A DNA stretch of 64,000 bases from an uncultured Eggerthella sp. (GCA_958409415.1 CATYMO010000002.1:17547-81546); one strand, 5' to 3'. Shown: positions 50,561 to 60,292, counted from the stretch's first letter. Made by a program: numbers and translations. The notes: a model not told the origin generated them from the letters alone.

Positions 50561-50665
50561 GCTAAAGAAGTAAGGCTCTCGGAAACGAGGGCCTTTTTCA
50601 TACTATGGAACCAAAGTTCAGTACGATCTTCTGCTGAAGCATCGTTGCGATCACCTCGGAGCGTT

Positions 50666-51619
50666 ATGTCTCATTTGAGCCTACAGAATCATGAAAAGCG
50701 AACGAGCACCGTGAGGCGTGTGCTGCTTGCGGTGCTCTTGCTCAATCTTGCGGTGGCACTCGCGAAGTTCGTTTACGGAACCATCTCGTATTCGACCGCA
50801 ATGCAAGCCGATGGCATCCATTCGATCTTCGATTCTGCGGGCAACGTAGTTGGCCTCATTGGAATCAGCCTTGCTACGCGTCCAGCCGATAAAGAGCACC
50901 CCTACGGTCATTTCAAGCTGGAGACCTTCGCTTCGCTTATGATCGGGCTCATGCTCATCTTCGCCGCCTATCAAGTTGGGTCGAGTGCGGTCACTTCGCT
51001 CATTGAAGGCAGCTATCACACGGAAGTTACGGCTATCTCGTTCGTTGTCATGGTGGGCACGCTCGCGGTCAATCTGTTCGTGACTACCTACGAACGCAGG
51101 ATGGGGAATCGCCTTAAGAGTGACATCCTCAAAGCCGATGCTGCGCATACGCTCTCAGATTGCCTCGTTTCGATCGGCGTTATCGTTGGGCTCATCTTGG
51201 TCGCCTGCGGGATCGAGATGGCAGACGACATCATGGCGCTCATCGTCATGGTGGCTATTCTGTTCACCGCCTTCGATATCTTCAAGAGTGCGTTCGCTAC
51301 CTTCACCGACGAAGCACGTATTCCTGCAGCGGAGATTCGTGGAGTGGTCGAGAGCGTAGAGGGGGTTCAAGAAGCCCATCAGATTCGTACGCGCGGACTG
51401 CAGGGCGAGATCTACCTCGATCTGCACATTCTGGTCGATCCTGAGATGACGGTCATTGCCTCGCATAAGGTGGTCTCAGAGATCGAACAGAAGCTCTCAG
51501 AGACCTTCCCTGAGGTCCAAGACATCCTCATCAATGTTGAGCCGAACGACGAAGAGCATCGTATGGATAAGGGCTCCATCGGCAATACGGCTACGAATAA
51601 AACAACTACCGAAGAATAG
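50666..51619 (+). CDS. Cation diffusion facilitator (CDF) family divalent-metal efflux transporter
   Basis: Six TM helices with HSIFDS…D and HxxxD motifs plus a C-terminal cytoplasmic metallochaperone-like domain. Start moved to an internal ATG because the longer ORF overlaps the tRNA-Leu. Confidence 0.8.
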   Translation: MSHLSLQNHEKRTSTVRRVLLAVLLLNLAVALAKFVYGTISYSTAMQADGIHSIFDSAGNVVGLIGISLATRPADKEHPYGHFKLETFASLMIGLMLIFAAYQVGSSAVTSLIEGSYHTEVTAISFVVMVGTLAVNLFVTTYERRMGNRLKSDILKADAAHTLSDCLVSIGVIVGLILVACGIEMADDIMALIVMVAILFTAFDIFKSAFATFTDEARIPAAEIRGVVESVEGVQEAHQIRTRGLQGEIYLDLHILVDPEMTVIASHKVVSEIEQKLSETFPEVQDILINVEPNDEEHRMDKGSIGNTATNKTTTEE

Positions 51620-51645
51620 CCAAGATCCCTTCAGCTTCGATAGGG

Positions 51646-52614
51646 CTAGCTTTCATCGCCAGACGCATTGGGGTGTTCGATGTAAGTGGTGACCGTGGGA
51701 TTCGCCTCGATATAGGCACGCAATTTCTTGATATAGCGCTTTGCCAGTTCGCTCAAGTCATGCGCAGCTTGGTGAATGTAGCCAACGGTCATCTTCTCAT
51801 CTGCTTCGAGCGGAATGGCAACGATGCCTGCATTCATCTCATCGGAGAGCACGCCGGTTGCAATGGTGTACCCGTCGAAATTGGTCAATAAGTTCGAGAG
51901 CGTTCCGCGGTCCGAATAGGTGATCTGCTTCTTGTGGGGAAGATGGCTGAGCGGCTCTTCTGAGAAGAAGAATGAATTATTCGCGCCCTGCTCGAACGAA
52001 TAGCGTGTGTAGTCTTCAAGCTGTTCGGGCTTGACCGATGTTTCTTGCGCAAGGGGATGGTGTTCGCCAACAAAGACATGGGGCTCTGCTTCAAAGAGCG
52101 CAACGAATTCGAGCCCTGCATCGCTGAGCGCTTTCGATATCACGCGCTTGTTGAAATTGCTGAGATAGAGCACGCCCAACTCGCTTCGATAACTTTTTAC
52201 GTCTTCGATGATCTCAGCGGTACGAGTTTCGCGAAGCGTGAACTCATATTCGTCTTGATCGTATTCTTCGACGAGGTCAACGAAGGCTTTTACGCAGAAC
52301 GCATAGTGCTGCGAGGAGATGGAGAGCTTCTGCACTGCTTTATTGCCCGTGCCGCTATAGCGCGCTTCGAGCAGATCGACCTGCTCGAGGACTTGGCGGG
52401 CATAGCCAACGAATTCGACACCTTCCTGAGTGAGGGTGATGCCGCGATTGCTGCGATTGAATATCTCGATCCCGAGCTCTTGTTCGGCATCCTTGATGGC
52501 AGTGGAGAGTGCCGGCTGTGACACATACAGGTTCTGGCTCGCGGCATTGATCGAGCCGCATTCGACCACTTCAGTGATATAGCGCAGTTGTTGGAGCGTC
52601 AGATTCGATTGCAT
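51646..52614 (-). CDS. LysR-family transcriptional regulator
   Basis: wHTH (LQQLRYITEVVECGSINAASQNLYVSQPALSTAIKDAEQELG) plus substrate-binding domain. Confidence 0.8.
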   Translation of the reverse strand: MQSNLTLQQLRYITEVVECGSINAASQNLYVSQPALSTAIKDAEQELGIEIFNRSNRGITLTQEGVEFVGYARQVLEQVDLLEARYSGTGNKAVQKLSISSQHYAFCVKAFVDLVEEYDQDEYEFTLRETRTAEIIEDVKSYRSELGVLYLSNFNKRVISKALSDAGLEFVALFEAEPHVFVGEHHPLAQETSVKPEQLEDYTRYSFEQGANNSFFFSEEPLSHLPHKKQITYSDRGTLSNLLTNFDGYTIATGVLSDEMNAGIVAIPLEADEKMTVGYIHQAAHDLSELAKRYIKKLRAYIEANPTVTTYIEHPNASGDES

Positions 52615-52758
52615 AGCGTTTCGGTGCCTCTTGATGGTGAGTTGTTTATGAACATACCGTATTGTAGCGCAACGGGACTCATTGCTCCGAAGGGGAGGGA
52701 GCAAAAAATGAAGACCCGACAGAGTGCCGGGTCTTCATAGATCAATTGAGTCGAGTGT

Positions 52759-53595
52759 TTAGAATACGGTGAGCACCGCGCCCGAATAATTCTCATTGAT
52801 GTAGTCGCGTACTTCATCGCTCGTCAAAGCCTTAGCGAGTGCTTTGATCTTCTCTTTGTCCTGATTGCCGTCCTTCACTACGAGCAGGTTAGCGTAGGTC
52901 TGAGCAGCCAGCGAATCGCTCGTCTCTTTCACGAGCGCTTTATCGATCAGATCGCCCTCAAGAGCGTAGTTCGCATTGATACCAGCGAGTGCAACATCAT
53001 CGATGACCGTTGGAACGGTTGCAGCCTCGATCTCGACGATCTCGAGATTCTTGGGGTTGCTCGTGATGTCTGCCTTCGTTGCGGTCACGCCTGCATCATC
53101 GTTGAGTTCGATGAGTCCGTTCTCTTCGAGCAGCAGCAGTGCGCGCGCTTCATTGGTAGCATCGTTGGGTACGGCGACCTTAGCACCATTAGGGATCTCG
53201 GAGAGATCAGTGTATTTGGTCGAGTACAGACCGAAGGGCTCATAATGAACGCCAACCACGTCTACCAGGTGTGTTCCCTGCTCTTCGTTGAAGTTGTCAA
53301 GATAGGGCTTGTGCTGGAAGTAGTTCGCATCGACCTCTTCCTGCTCGGTTGCCGTATTGGGTAAGACGTAGTCGGTGAACTCTTTCACCTCGAGGGTGTA
53401 GCCCTCTTTCTCAAGCGCAGGTTTCACAACATCGTTCAAGATCTCGGCATGGGGGGTTGGGACCGCCGCGATGGTGATGGTCTTGTCTTCAGACGATGAA
53501 CCGCCGCCCGAGCAGCCAGTGAGCGCCAGGAGGGAGAGCGCAAGTGCTGCCAGCGCAGCAACAAGAAGCTTAGGGAATCGTTTTGCTTTTTCCAT
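52759..53595 (-). CDS. metQ: MetQ/NlpA-family lipoprotein (methionine-type ABC substrate-binding protein); orphan, with no metN or metI adjacent
   Basis: Lipoprotein signal (LLALTGCSGG lipobox) and NlpA-family body; RBS AAAGGAA. Confidence 0.8.
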   Translation of the reverse strand: MEKAKRFPKLLVAALAALALSLLALTGCSGGGSSSEDKTITIAAVPTPHAEILNDVVKPALEKEGYTLEVKEFTDYVLPNTATEQEEVDANYFQHKPYLDNFNEEQGTHLVDVVGVHYEPFGLYSTKYTDLSEIPNGAKVAVPNDATNEARALLLLEENGLIELNDDAGVTATKADITSNPKNLEIVEIEAATVPTVIDDVALAGINANYALEGDLIDKALVKETSDSLAAQTYANLLVVKDGNQDKEKIKALAKALTSDEVRDYINENYSGAVLTVF

Positions 53596-53932
53596 TGAAT
53601 GAGTTCCTTTCTGTGTCTTCCTTATCGCGTGGCGTCCTTTTGATCCGCAAGCGATCAAGCTCGAATTCAATGGTGACTAGTCTAAACATTGCGTTTTCTG
53701 AGCACAATCCTTCTTGTTATCATCAGTTCTTCTAACTGGTTATAGCGAACGTATGCTTGGAGCGAGATGCTGCATTTGCAGCGCAGGTGATCACGAGAAA
53801 ACCGACTCGATCGCGCGTAGTCTTATATGCAGAGGGCTTGCATAACCCGCTCTTACCCCTTGCTAGCTTTTGGCGTATCATAGAAGCGTTTCATAGGCTA
53901 TTGAATAATCCAATCTAAGAAAGGTCGTTCTT

Positions 53933-55162
53933 ATGATCGATGTAGAAGAATTGCGAAGCGCGCCCATAGCGGTCCTCGGTGGTGGCGCAGTTGGTAAGAC
54001 GTGCGGCGCGGATTGCGCGCTTGCAGGGCAAGAAGTTCGTATCTGCGATCTCGATCCCTTCTTCGAATCAAGCCTTGGTACGGTCGAGCGGACCGGTATC
54101 ACTATCGGTCAGAAGCTTCCCGGTACGCAGACGAAATACGGGTTCGCTCGTTATGGTCGCGCAGAATTCGCGAAGGTCACCAATTCGGTCGCAGAGGCCG
54201 TGAAGGGCGCGAAGCTCATCGTGGTCGGCATTCCTTCTATCGCTCATGAGGTGTTCTTCAGTGCGCTCATCCCGTGCCTTGAAGATGGTCAGATCATCCA
54301 CATCATCCCGGACAACTATGGCACGCTGAAACTGCGCAAGATGATGCGTGAGGCAGGTTGCACGAAGAAGGTCATCGTAGGCGGCTGGTCGAGCGCTCCT
54401 TACGGCACGCGCGTTGATACTGAAGGCGGCATCATGAATGCGCATGTGAGCTTGGTCTATCGTGCGATCACCTTGCGTGGTGCAGCGTTGCCGATGACCG
54501 ATCAGGAAGACTTCCTTGAAAGCTCCAAGGCGCTTGGGTGCTTTGATGCCATAACCCAGGGTGATGGTGTGGTCAGCGGCGAGACCGTGCTCGATATCGG
54601 TTTCTCGAACGTGAACCCCGTTATCCATGTTCCGGGCACCCTCTTGGGCGTTTCCACGATGGAGAACTTCAACACGGTGCTCCATATGAACAAGCACGAT
54701 TACAGTATCTATAGTCACAGTTTCTGCCCGTCTATCTCAGAGGTGCAGTATCAGTTCTACAACGAAGAGATCGCGCTCGCTAATGCGATCGGCGTTGGTA
54801 TCCAGCCTTTCGATAAAGAGGTCTTCTATCAACGTACGAGCGTGCTCGGCCAGGAATACATGGGCGAGGGCTGCGACGTTCCGTTCGACGAGGAATGGGA
54901 AGTGGGCTATGGCACCGGTCCGTTCACGATCCAGAATCGCTACGTAACGGAAGATGTGCCGGTCGGCTGTCATGTCTATCATGAACTGGGCAAGAAGTTC
55001 GGCGTTCCGACGCCCATCATCGACTCGATGATCGTGCTCGGCGGCGTTATGAACAAGACCGACTATTTTGAAAGCGGCCTTAAGCTCGAGGATCTGGGCA
55101 TTGGCCATATGGATAAAGAGGCGTTACTCGCGTATCTGAATGAGGGCGTCTATACCGAATAA
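53933..55162 (+). CDS. Opine (octopine/nopaline) dehydrogenase-family NAD(P)-dependent oxidoreductase
   Basis: N-terminal GxGxxG (VLGGGAVGK), ~410 aa, two-domain ODH-like architecture. Confidence 0.65.
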   Translation: MIDVEELRSAPIAVLGGGAVGKTCGADCALAGQEVRICDLDPFFESSLGTVERTGITIGQKLPGTQTKYGFARYGRAEFAKVTNSVAEAVKGAKLIVVGIPSIAHEVFFSALIPCLEDGQIIHIIPDNYGTLKLRKMMREAGCTKKVIVGGWSSAPYGTRVDTEGGIMNAHVSLVYRAITLRGAALPMTDQEDFLESSKALGCFDAITQGDGVVSGETVLDIGFSNVNPVIHVPGTLLGVSTMENFNTVLHMNKHDYSIYSHSFCPSISEVQYQFYNEEIALANAIGVGIQPFDKEVFYQRTSVLGQEYMGEGCDVPFDEEWEVGYGTGPFTIQNRYVTEDVPVGCHVYHELGKKFGVPTPIIDSMIVLGGVMNKTDYFESGLKLEDLGIGHMDKEALLAYLNEGVYTE

Positions 55163-55196
55163 CCGTGCGCAAGCACCTTATGTTAGGAGTCGTGGC

Positions 55197-55958
55197 ATGA
55201 CGTGGCAACGCCCGTTCGTGAATTCTCAAGACCTTGCGGGGACCTTCTCGGTTCCCGCTCACTTCACTTCAGGCCATGCGATCGGCGTGATCGCGGTCGA
55301 TCTGAAGTATCCGAAGCTTCCTGGAAATGTGGTGAATGCGACCACGTTCGATTTTCCGGTGCTCTATAAGAAGGTCGAATTCGACATCGAGCTGCTCTTT
55401 GAAGGAGCTCCTGAGCTTGAGATGGTCGTTGTCGAGGCTGCCAAAGAACTGGAGGCTGAAGGCGTGCGTGCGATCGTGGGAGCGTGCGGATACTTCGCGC
55501 ACTTCCAAAAGCAGGTTGCGGATGCGGTAAGTGTCCCTGTCTTCCTTTCGAGCCTCTGCCAGCTTCCGCTCATCAAGCTTGGTTTGAAGCAAGATCAGAA
55601 GATCGCGGTGTTCGCGGCGAGCGCAGATAATATCGACGATGAGATATTGAGCGGGGTCGGATCGCAGTTGTATGATCTCATCATCCAAGATGTAGGCTCG
55701 ATGGAGAGCTTCGCCCCGATCCGCTGGGGCGAGGAGACGCTCGACAACAAATGGCTTACCGAAGATCTCGAACAGACGGCCCATGACCTGGTCGAGCAAC
55801 ATCCAGAGATCGGCGCGATCCTGCTCGAATGCAGCGATCTGCCACCATACGCCTATGCCATCCAAGCAGCAACGGGATTGCCGGTATTCGACTTCATCAC
55901 GCTCATCAAATGGGCGCATTCCGCTGTTGCGCAAACGCCCTATTATGGATATTTTTAA
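55197..55958 (+). CDS. Asp/Glu/hydantoin racemase-superfamily protein (AMDase/maleate-isomerase-like)
   Basis: ~250 aa, paired Cys-containing halves (GACGYF… and ECSDLPPY) typical of the two-base racemase/decarboxylase fold; RBS AGGAG 8 nt upstream. Confidence 0.6.
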   Translation: MTWQRPFVNSQDLAGTFSVPAHFTSGHAIGVIAVDLKYPKLPGNVVNATTFDFPVLYKKVEFDIELLFEGAPELEMVVVEAAKELEAEGVRAIVGACGYFAHFQKQVADAVSVPVFLSSLCQLPLIKLGLKQDQKIAVFAASADNIDDEILSGVGSQLYDLIIQDVGSMESFAPIRWGEETLDNKWLTEDLEQTAHDLVEQHPEIGAILLECSDLPPYAYAIQAATGLPVFDFITLIKWAHSAVAQTPYYGYF

Positions 55959-56026
55959 CCAGAGGGCTTGACGGTCTTCGTGGTTCAGGTATACTAATCA
56001 ACCGCTGAAAGGCATTCTGTTTAAGT

Positions 56027-56101
56027 GGGCGATTAGCTCAGCGGGAGAGCATCACCTCGACACGGTGGGGGCCACTGGTTCGATCCCAGTATCGCCCACC
56101 A
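56027..56101 (+). tRNA. tRNA-Val (anticodon GAC)
   Basis: GGGCGATTAGCTCAGCGGGAGAGC…; anticodon loop TCGACAC; GGTTCGATCCC; CCA encoded. Confidence 0.85.
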
Positions 56102-56117
56102 TTTAAACAGACAACAT

Positions 56118-56193
56118 GCGGACGTGGCTCAGTTGGTAGAGCATCACCTTGCCAAGGTGAGGGTCGCGGGTTCGAACCCCGTCGTCCGCTCCA
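56118..56193 (+). tRNA. tRNA-Gly (anticodon GCC), copy 1
   Basis: GCGGACGTGGCTCAGTTGGTAGAGC…; anticodon loop TTGCCAA; GGTTCGAACCC; CCA encoded. Confidence 0.9.
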
Positions 56194-56202
56194 TGAATTC
56201 TT

Positions 56203-56233
56203 ATGACCGGTTTTATGCCGGTCATTTTTTTTG
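56203..56233 (+). terminator. Rho-independent terminator between the two tRNA-Gly copies
   Basis: ATGACCGG / CCGGTCAT 8-bp stem with loop TTTTATG, followed by T8. Confidence 0.7.
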
Positions 56234-56276
56234 TTCTTGAACATCAGCGGCGAGTCGGTATAATAGGTTCTTGCGC

Positions 56277-56352
56277 GCGGACGTGGCTCAGTTGGTAGAG
56301 CATCACCTTGCCAAGGTGAGGGTCGCGGGTTCGAACCCCGTCGTCCGCTCCA
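56277..56352 (+). tRNA. tRNA-Gly (anticodon GCC), copy 2 (identical)
   Basis: Same 76-nt sequence as 56118-56193. Confidence 0.9.
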
Positions 56353-56394
56353 GTGCACCTTTCAGTCGTTTGAATCATTCGCAACGGCTTTTAT

Positions 56395-56469
56395 GGCGAC
56401 GTGGCCAAGTGGTAAGGCAGAGGCCTGCAAAGCCTTTACCCCCGGTTCGAATCCGGGCGTCGCCTCCAT
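56395..56469 (+). tRNA. tRNA-Cys (anticodon GCA)
   Basis: GGCGACGTGGCCAAGTGGTAAGGC…; anticodon loop CTGCAAA; GGTTCGAATCC; CCA encoded. Confidence 0.85.
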
Positions 56470-56478
56470 ACAAGCTCA

Positions 56479-56503
56479 AGACCGCTCGGCGGTCTTTTTT
56501 ATA
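56479..56503 (+). terminator. Rho-independent terminator after tRNA-Cys
   Basis: AAGACCGC / GCGGTCTT stem with 3-nt loop, followed by TTTTTT. Confidence 0.7.
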
Positions 56504-56507
56504 AAGG

Positions 56508-57353
56508 ATGGCATTTGTGCCCATGTTCGACCTTTCGATCTTCACCACACCAGAAGCATGGATCAGTCTTATCACACTTCTGTTCTTGGAGATCGTGCTC
56601 GGGGTCGATAACCTTGTCTTCATCGCCATCACTACCGATCGGCTTCCCGCAGAAAAGCAGCATCTCGGTCGTAAGATCGGTCTTTTGGGTGCGCTTATCA
56701 TGCGCATCATCTTCTTATGCTTCGCATCGTTTCTCGTGCACATGACCACACCGCTCTTCACGATCCCGTTCATCGAGATCCATGGCGAACCGATGGGTTT
56801 CTCCGTGCGTGATCTTGTGCTGTTGGCGGGCGGAATCTATCTGATCTATAAGGGGATCGATGAGATCAGAAGCGTGCTCAATCTAACCGAAGAAAAAGAG
56901 CAACATGAGCCTGAAGTGCACAGAAGCGCGATCACGTTACCTCAAGCGGTCATCACGATCATGGTCATGGACCTGGTGTTCTCAATCGACTCGGTCATCA
57001 CAGCAGTTGGTCTTGCCCAACATCTCATCATCATGATCTTGGCGGTTATCATCGCGGTCGTGCTCATGATGGTCTTCATCGATGCGATCTCGAACTTCAT
57101 CAACCAACATACCGAGATCAAGATCCTCGCGCTCGTGTTCATCGTGATGATCGGTATCCTGCTCACGCTCGATGGCCTGGGCATCAATTCAGGGATCGAG
57201 ATCCTCGATATGCACCTCGAAAAGCTCATGGTGTACTTCGCCATGGTATTCTCGATCATCCTCGAGCTCATTCAGATGAAGTACAAGAAGAACTATCAGA
57301 TGTGGGTCGCGCGCAAGAATCGCGAGATCGATTCAACGAAGGATCAGCTTTAA
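56508..57353 (+). CDS. TerC-family integral membrane protein (putative Mn/metal exporter)
   Basis: LEIVLGVDNLVFIAI… TerC signature repeats; 7+ TM helices. Confidence 0.75.
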   Translation: MAFVPMFDLSIFTTPEAWISLITLLFLEIVLGVDNLVFIAITTDRLPAEKQHLGRKIGLLGALIMRIIFLCFASFLVHMTTPLFTIPFIEIHGEPMGFSVRDLVLLAGGIYLIYKGIDEIRSVLNLTEEKEQHEPEVHRSAITLPQAVITIMVMDLVFSIDSVITAVGLAQHLIIMILAVIIAVVLMMVFIDAISNFINQHTEIKILALVFIVMIGILLTLDGLGINSGIEILDMHLEKLMVYFAMVFSIILELIQMKYKKNYQMWVARKNREIDSTKDQL

Positions 57354-58282
57354 GCAAGTTTTGCAGCTGTTTTGAGCTCTTCGAAGTAGCGAATGCAATC
57401 ATCGGAAACGATGTAGCGTGCCGCCCTCGGCAGGCAACGCACCGTAAAAGGTGTGTGAAGGCGCGTTGGTTCGCCATCGTATTCCATGTACATCTCAGGT
57501 GTTGCCTCGATCGTGATCTCGCGTCCGCGATACACCTCTAAGCTGCCGATCTTCTTGGCTAGGTTGCCGCTATGATCGACGGCTTTTGCAACGAGTGTGG
57601 GCAGCAGCTCGAGCGCAGTCTTCGTTTTGACGATGACCACGTCGATCAACGCGTCTTGCGGGAGGTTCATGTCTGAGACCATCAGGTCGAATTGGATGCG
57701 TGAGAAATTCGTGAACACAACAGCGATGCCGTCGCTTTCGATTCTCTGTCCATCGATATTGAGCACGAACTGCGAATGCGGGGGAGTGGGGTTGGTGAAG
57801 GCTGCATGGAAATAGGCAACCGGACCGAGTACCTGCTTATGCTGCGTTGCAAGACGCATGATGATCTCATCGTAGCCGCAACCCGCCATGATCGTGAACC
57901 CGATCGAAGCTTCAGGGGTTTCGATCTCGCCCATGTCGAAGTACATCGTCTGCCCTTGGTCTGCCACCTTGCAGAGCGCATGAGGCTCATTCGGCGAGGA
58001 GAGGTTCATGGCGAGCAGATTCGCGGTCCCCGAAGGGAAGGGGAGGATGGGGATATCGGAATAGCGCAGCTCATAGGTGACCGCTGCGATCGTGCCGTCT
58101 CCGCCGCTCGCCACCACGAAATCGTAATCGCGGGCATCTTCGAGCAGGGTGGCAAAAGGAGTATGGCCATTGAAGGTGCGCAGCGTGATCGTGTCGCCGT
58201 CTTCGGCGTAGGAACGGATGAAGTCGTAGATCGCTCCAGCCCCATGGCCTGAGCCGATGTTATGAATGACAAGAACTTTCAC
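57350..58282 (-). CDS. Diacylglycerol-kinase-family lipid kinase (second paralogue)
   Basis: GSGHGAG…ASGGDGT catalytic motifs. GTG start at 58282 with AAGGGG RBS chosen because the longer ORF to 58456 overlaps rnd by ~90 nt. Confidence 0.65.
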   Translation of the reverse strand: MKVLVIHNIGSGHGAGAIYDFIRSYAEDGDTITLRTFNGHTPFATLLEDARDYDFVVASGGDGTIAAVTYELRYSDIPILPFPSGTANLLAMNLSSPNEPHALCKVADQGQTMYFDMGEIETPEASIGFTIMAGCGYDEIIMRLATQHKQVLGPVAYFHAAFTNPTPPHSQFVLNIDGQRIESDGIAVVFTNFSRIQFDLMVSDMNLPQDALIDVVIVKTKTALELLPTLVAKAVDHSGNLAKKIGSLEVYRGREITIEATPEMYMEYDGEPTRLHTPFTVRCLPRAARYIVSDDCIRYFEELKTAAKLA

Positions 58283-58367
58283 CGTCGCCCCTTCGCGCTC
58301 CTTCAAGATGCTCACTAATGCATTATAGTAGTTCGATGTCCTGATCGAGAACTGGTTTATATAAACG

Positions 58368-59522
58368 ATGACAACGAAACAACTCATAGATACCGAATCT
58401 GCGTTCCAAGATTTCGTCGAAGCTTGCGAGACGAGCTCGTATATGGCGATCGACACCGAATTCCTTCGCGAAAAGACCTACTATCCGAAGACCTGTTTGG
58501 TCCAGATCGGCATCGAAGGCATGATCGCGATCATCGATCCGCTCGCGCTTGCGAGCTTGAAACCACTTGCGCGTCCCTTCACGAATCCGAACATATTGAA
58601 GATCTTCCATGCGTGCAGCCAAGACATGGAGATACTCTTGCGCGAGACGAGCGTCCTACCTGCTCCGGTGTTCGATACGCAGATCGCCGCAACGCTGCTT
58701 GGCAAGAATCAGCAGCCTTCGTATGCGCTTCTGGTCTCTCAGTACTGCGATGTGGAACTTGCGAAGAAGGATTCGTTCACCGACTGGTCGCGCCGACCGC
58801 TCTCTCCGTCTCAGATTCGCTATGCGGCTGAAGACGTGCTCTATCTGCCTGAGATTCACGAGAAGATGGTCGAGGCACTCAAGAGCAAGGACCGCCTTGC
58901 ATGGCTCACTGAATCGTTCGAGGAGCTGAGCGAGCCCGATCGCTATATAACCGATCCTTATACGCGCTTCCTCAAGCTCAAACGCGTCAATCAGCTCAAG
59001 AACCATCAGCTTGCGGCCGCACGTGAAGTAGCTGCGTGGCGTGAGCTCGAAGCTCAGAACCGCAACATCCCTCGTAAGTGGATCCTTTCTGATGAGCAGA
59101 TCGTGGAGTCGTGCCGCAGGGAGGCCACGACGCTCGATGAGCTCTACATGGTGCGCGGAATGCGCGAATCGCTCTCCACGAACCAGGCGCGCAAGGTACT
59201 CGAGTGCATCAAGAAGGGTCTGAACTGCCCTGAGGATGAGCTGCCGCATATGCAGAAGAAGTCGAAGAGCGAAGCGAATGTCGATGCGATCGTCGATGTG
59301 CTCTCGGGAATTGCACGCAAGATCGCTCGTGAGAACGATATCGCCCCTCAGACGCTCGCGCCCCACAGTGAATTAGTGGCGCTCGCACGCGGTCATTGGG
59401 ATGAATGCGAGCTCATGAAAGGCTGGCGCAGACATATGCTCGGCGAAGGACTCGTTGCTTTCATGGAGGGGAAGTGCACGCTTCGTATTGCTGAGGGAAA
59501 TCTGGAGATTACACGCTCATGA
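58368..59522 (+). CDS. rnd: Ribonuclease D (DEDDy 3'-5' exonuclease plus HRDC)
   Basis: ExoI-III motifs (AIDTEF…, …YAAEDVLYL) and C-terminal HRDC-like region. Confidence 0.8.
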   Translation: MTTKQLIDTESAFQDFVEACETSSYMAIDTEFLREKTYYPKTCLVQIGIEGMIAIIDPLALASLKPLARPFTNPNILKIFHACSQDMEILLRETSVLPAPVFDTQIAATLLGKNQQPSYALLVSQYCDVELAKKDSFTDWSRRPLSPSQIRYAAEDVLYLPEIHEKMVEALKSKDRLAWLTESFEELSEPDRYITDPYTRFLKLKRVNQLKNHQLAAAREVAAWRELEAQNRNIPRKWILSDEQIVESCRREATTLDELYMVRGMRESLSTNQARKVLECIKKGLNCPEDELPHMQKKSKSEANVDAIVDVLSGIARKIARENDIAPQTLAPHSELVALARGHWDECELMKGWRRHMLGEGLVAFMEGKCTLRIAEGNLEITRS

Positions 59523-59626
59523 CGCTTTGTGGCTCGGTCTCGCGATAAAGTACTCTGTAAGATAAGGATCGTGCGGTTCGCACAACATGGCACGGTTCAG
59601 ATGTAGATGCTCAAACAGTATAAGGA

Positions 59627-60292
59627 ATGATCCTCGTGACCTATCTTTTGCTCATACTCGTTACCTTTGCGATCGGCTTCGGTGCGCAAGGGTATGTGAA
59701 CCATCAGCTCAATAAGTACTCTCATGTGCCTAACACCAGCCAGATGACCGGCCGTGATGTTGCCGTTGGTATGCTCAACTACTACGGCATCCAAGGCGTT
59801 GAAGTGCGCATGGGAAGAGAAGGCCAAGACTTCTTCAATCCGAAGGATAACTCGATCACGCTCGGTCCCGATTCATACAACGGTCGTTCGATCACGGCGA
59901 CCGCAACTGCTTGTCATGAGGTGGGGCATGCGTGCCAGTTCGCACAAGATTACAAACCTATGAAGGTGCGCTCTGCGCTCGTGCCCGTGGTGAACCTCGC
60001 CTCGAACACCTGGATCTTCATCCTGCTCGCTGGCATCATCCTGAACGTGATCGGCCTTGTTGACGTTGCGATCGCGCTCTATGCGGTCGCGGTCCTCTTT
60101 CAGATCGTTACCCTGCCGGTCGAATTTGACGCCAGTCGCCGGGCGCTTGCCTATATGCAGTCGACCGGTATTCCGGGTGGTGAACAAGCAGGGGCGGCAA
60201 GTGTGTTGCGCGCTTGCGCTTTCACCTATTTGGCAGCGGCGCTCATTTCCATCCTGCAGTTGCTCTACTTGCTCTCTGCGCGAGACAACTAG
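59627..60292 (+). CDS. Membrane-associated zinc metallopeptidase (YugP/COG2738 neutral zinc metallopeptidase family)
   Basis: HEVGH zinc-binding motif (ATACHEVGHACQ), TM segments, ~220 aa. Confidence 0.75.
   Translation: MILVTYLLLILVTFAIGFGAQGYVNHQLNKYSHVPNTSQMTGRDVAVGMLNYYGIQGVEVRMGREGQDFFNPKDNSITLGPDSYNGRSITATATACHEVGHACQFAQDYKPMKVRSALVPVVNLASNTWIFILLAGIILNVIGLVDVAIALYAVAVLFQIVTLPVEFDASRRALAYMQSTGIPGGEQAGAASVLRACAFTYLAAALISILQLLYLLSARDN

Noticed and set aside
50531-50665. Upstream extension of the CDF transporter ORF starting inside tRNA-Leu
   Set aside because: It overlaps the tRNA gene; the conserved CDF N-terminus begins at the ATG at 50666.
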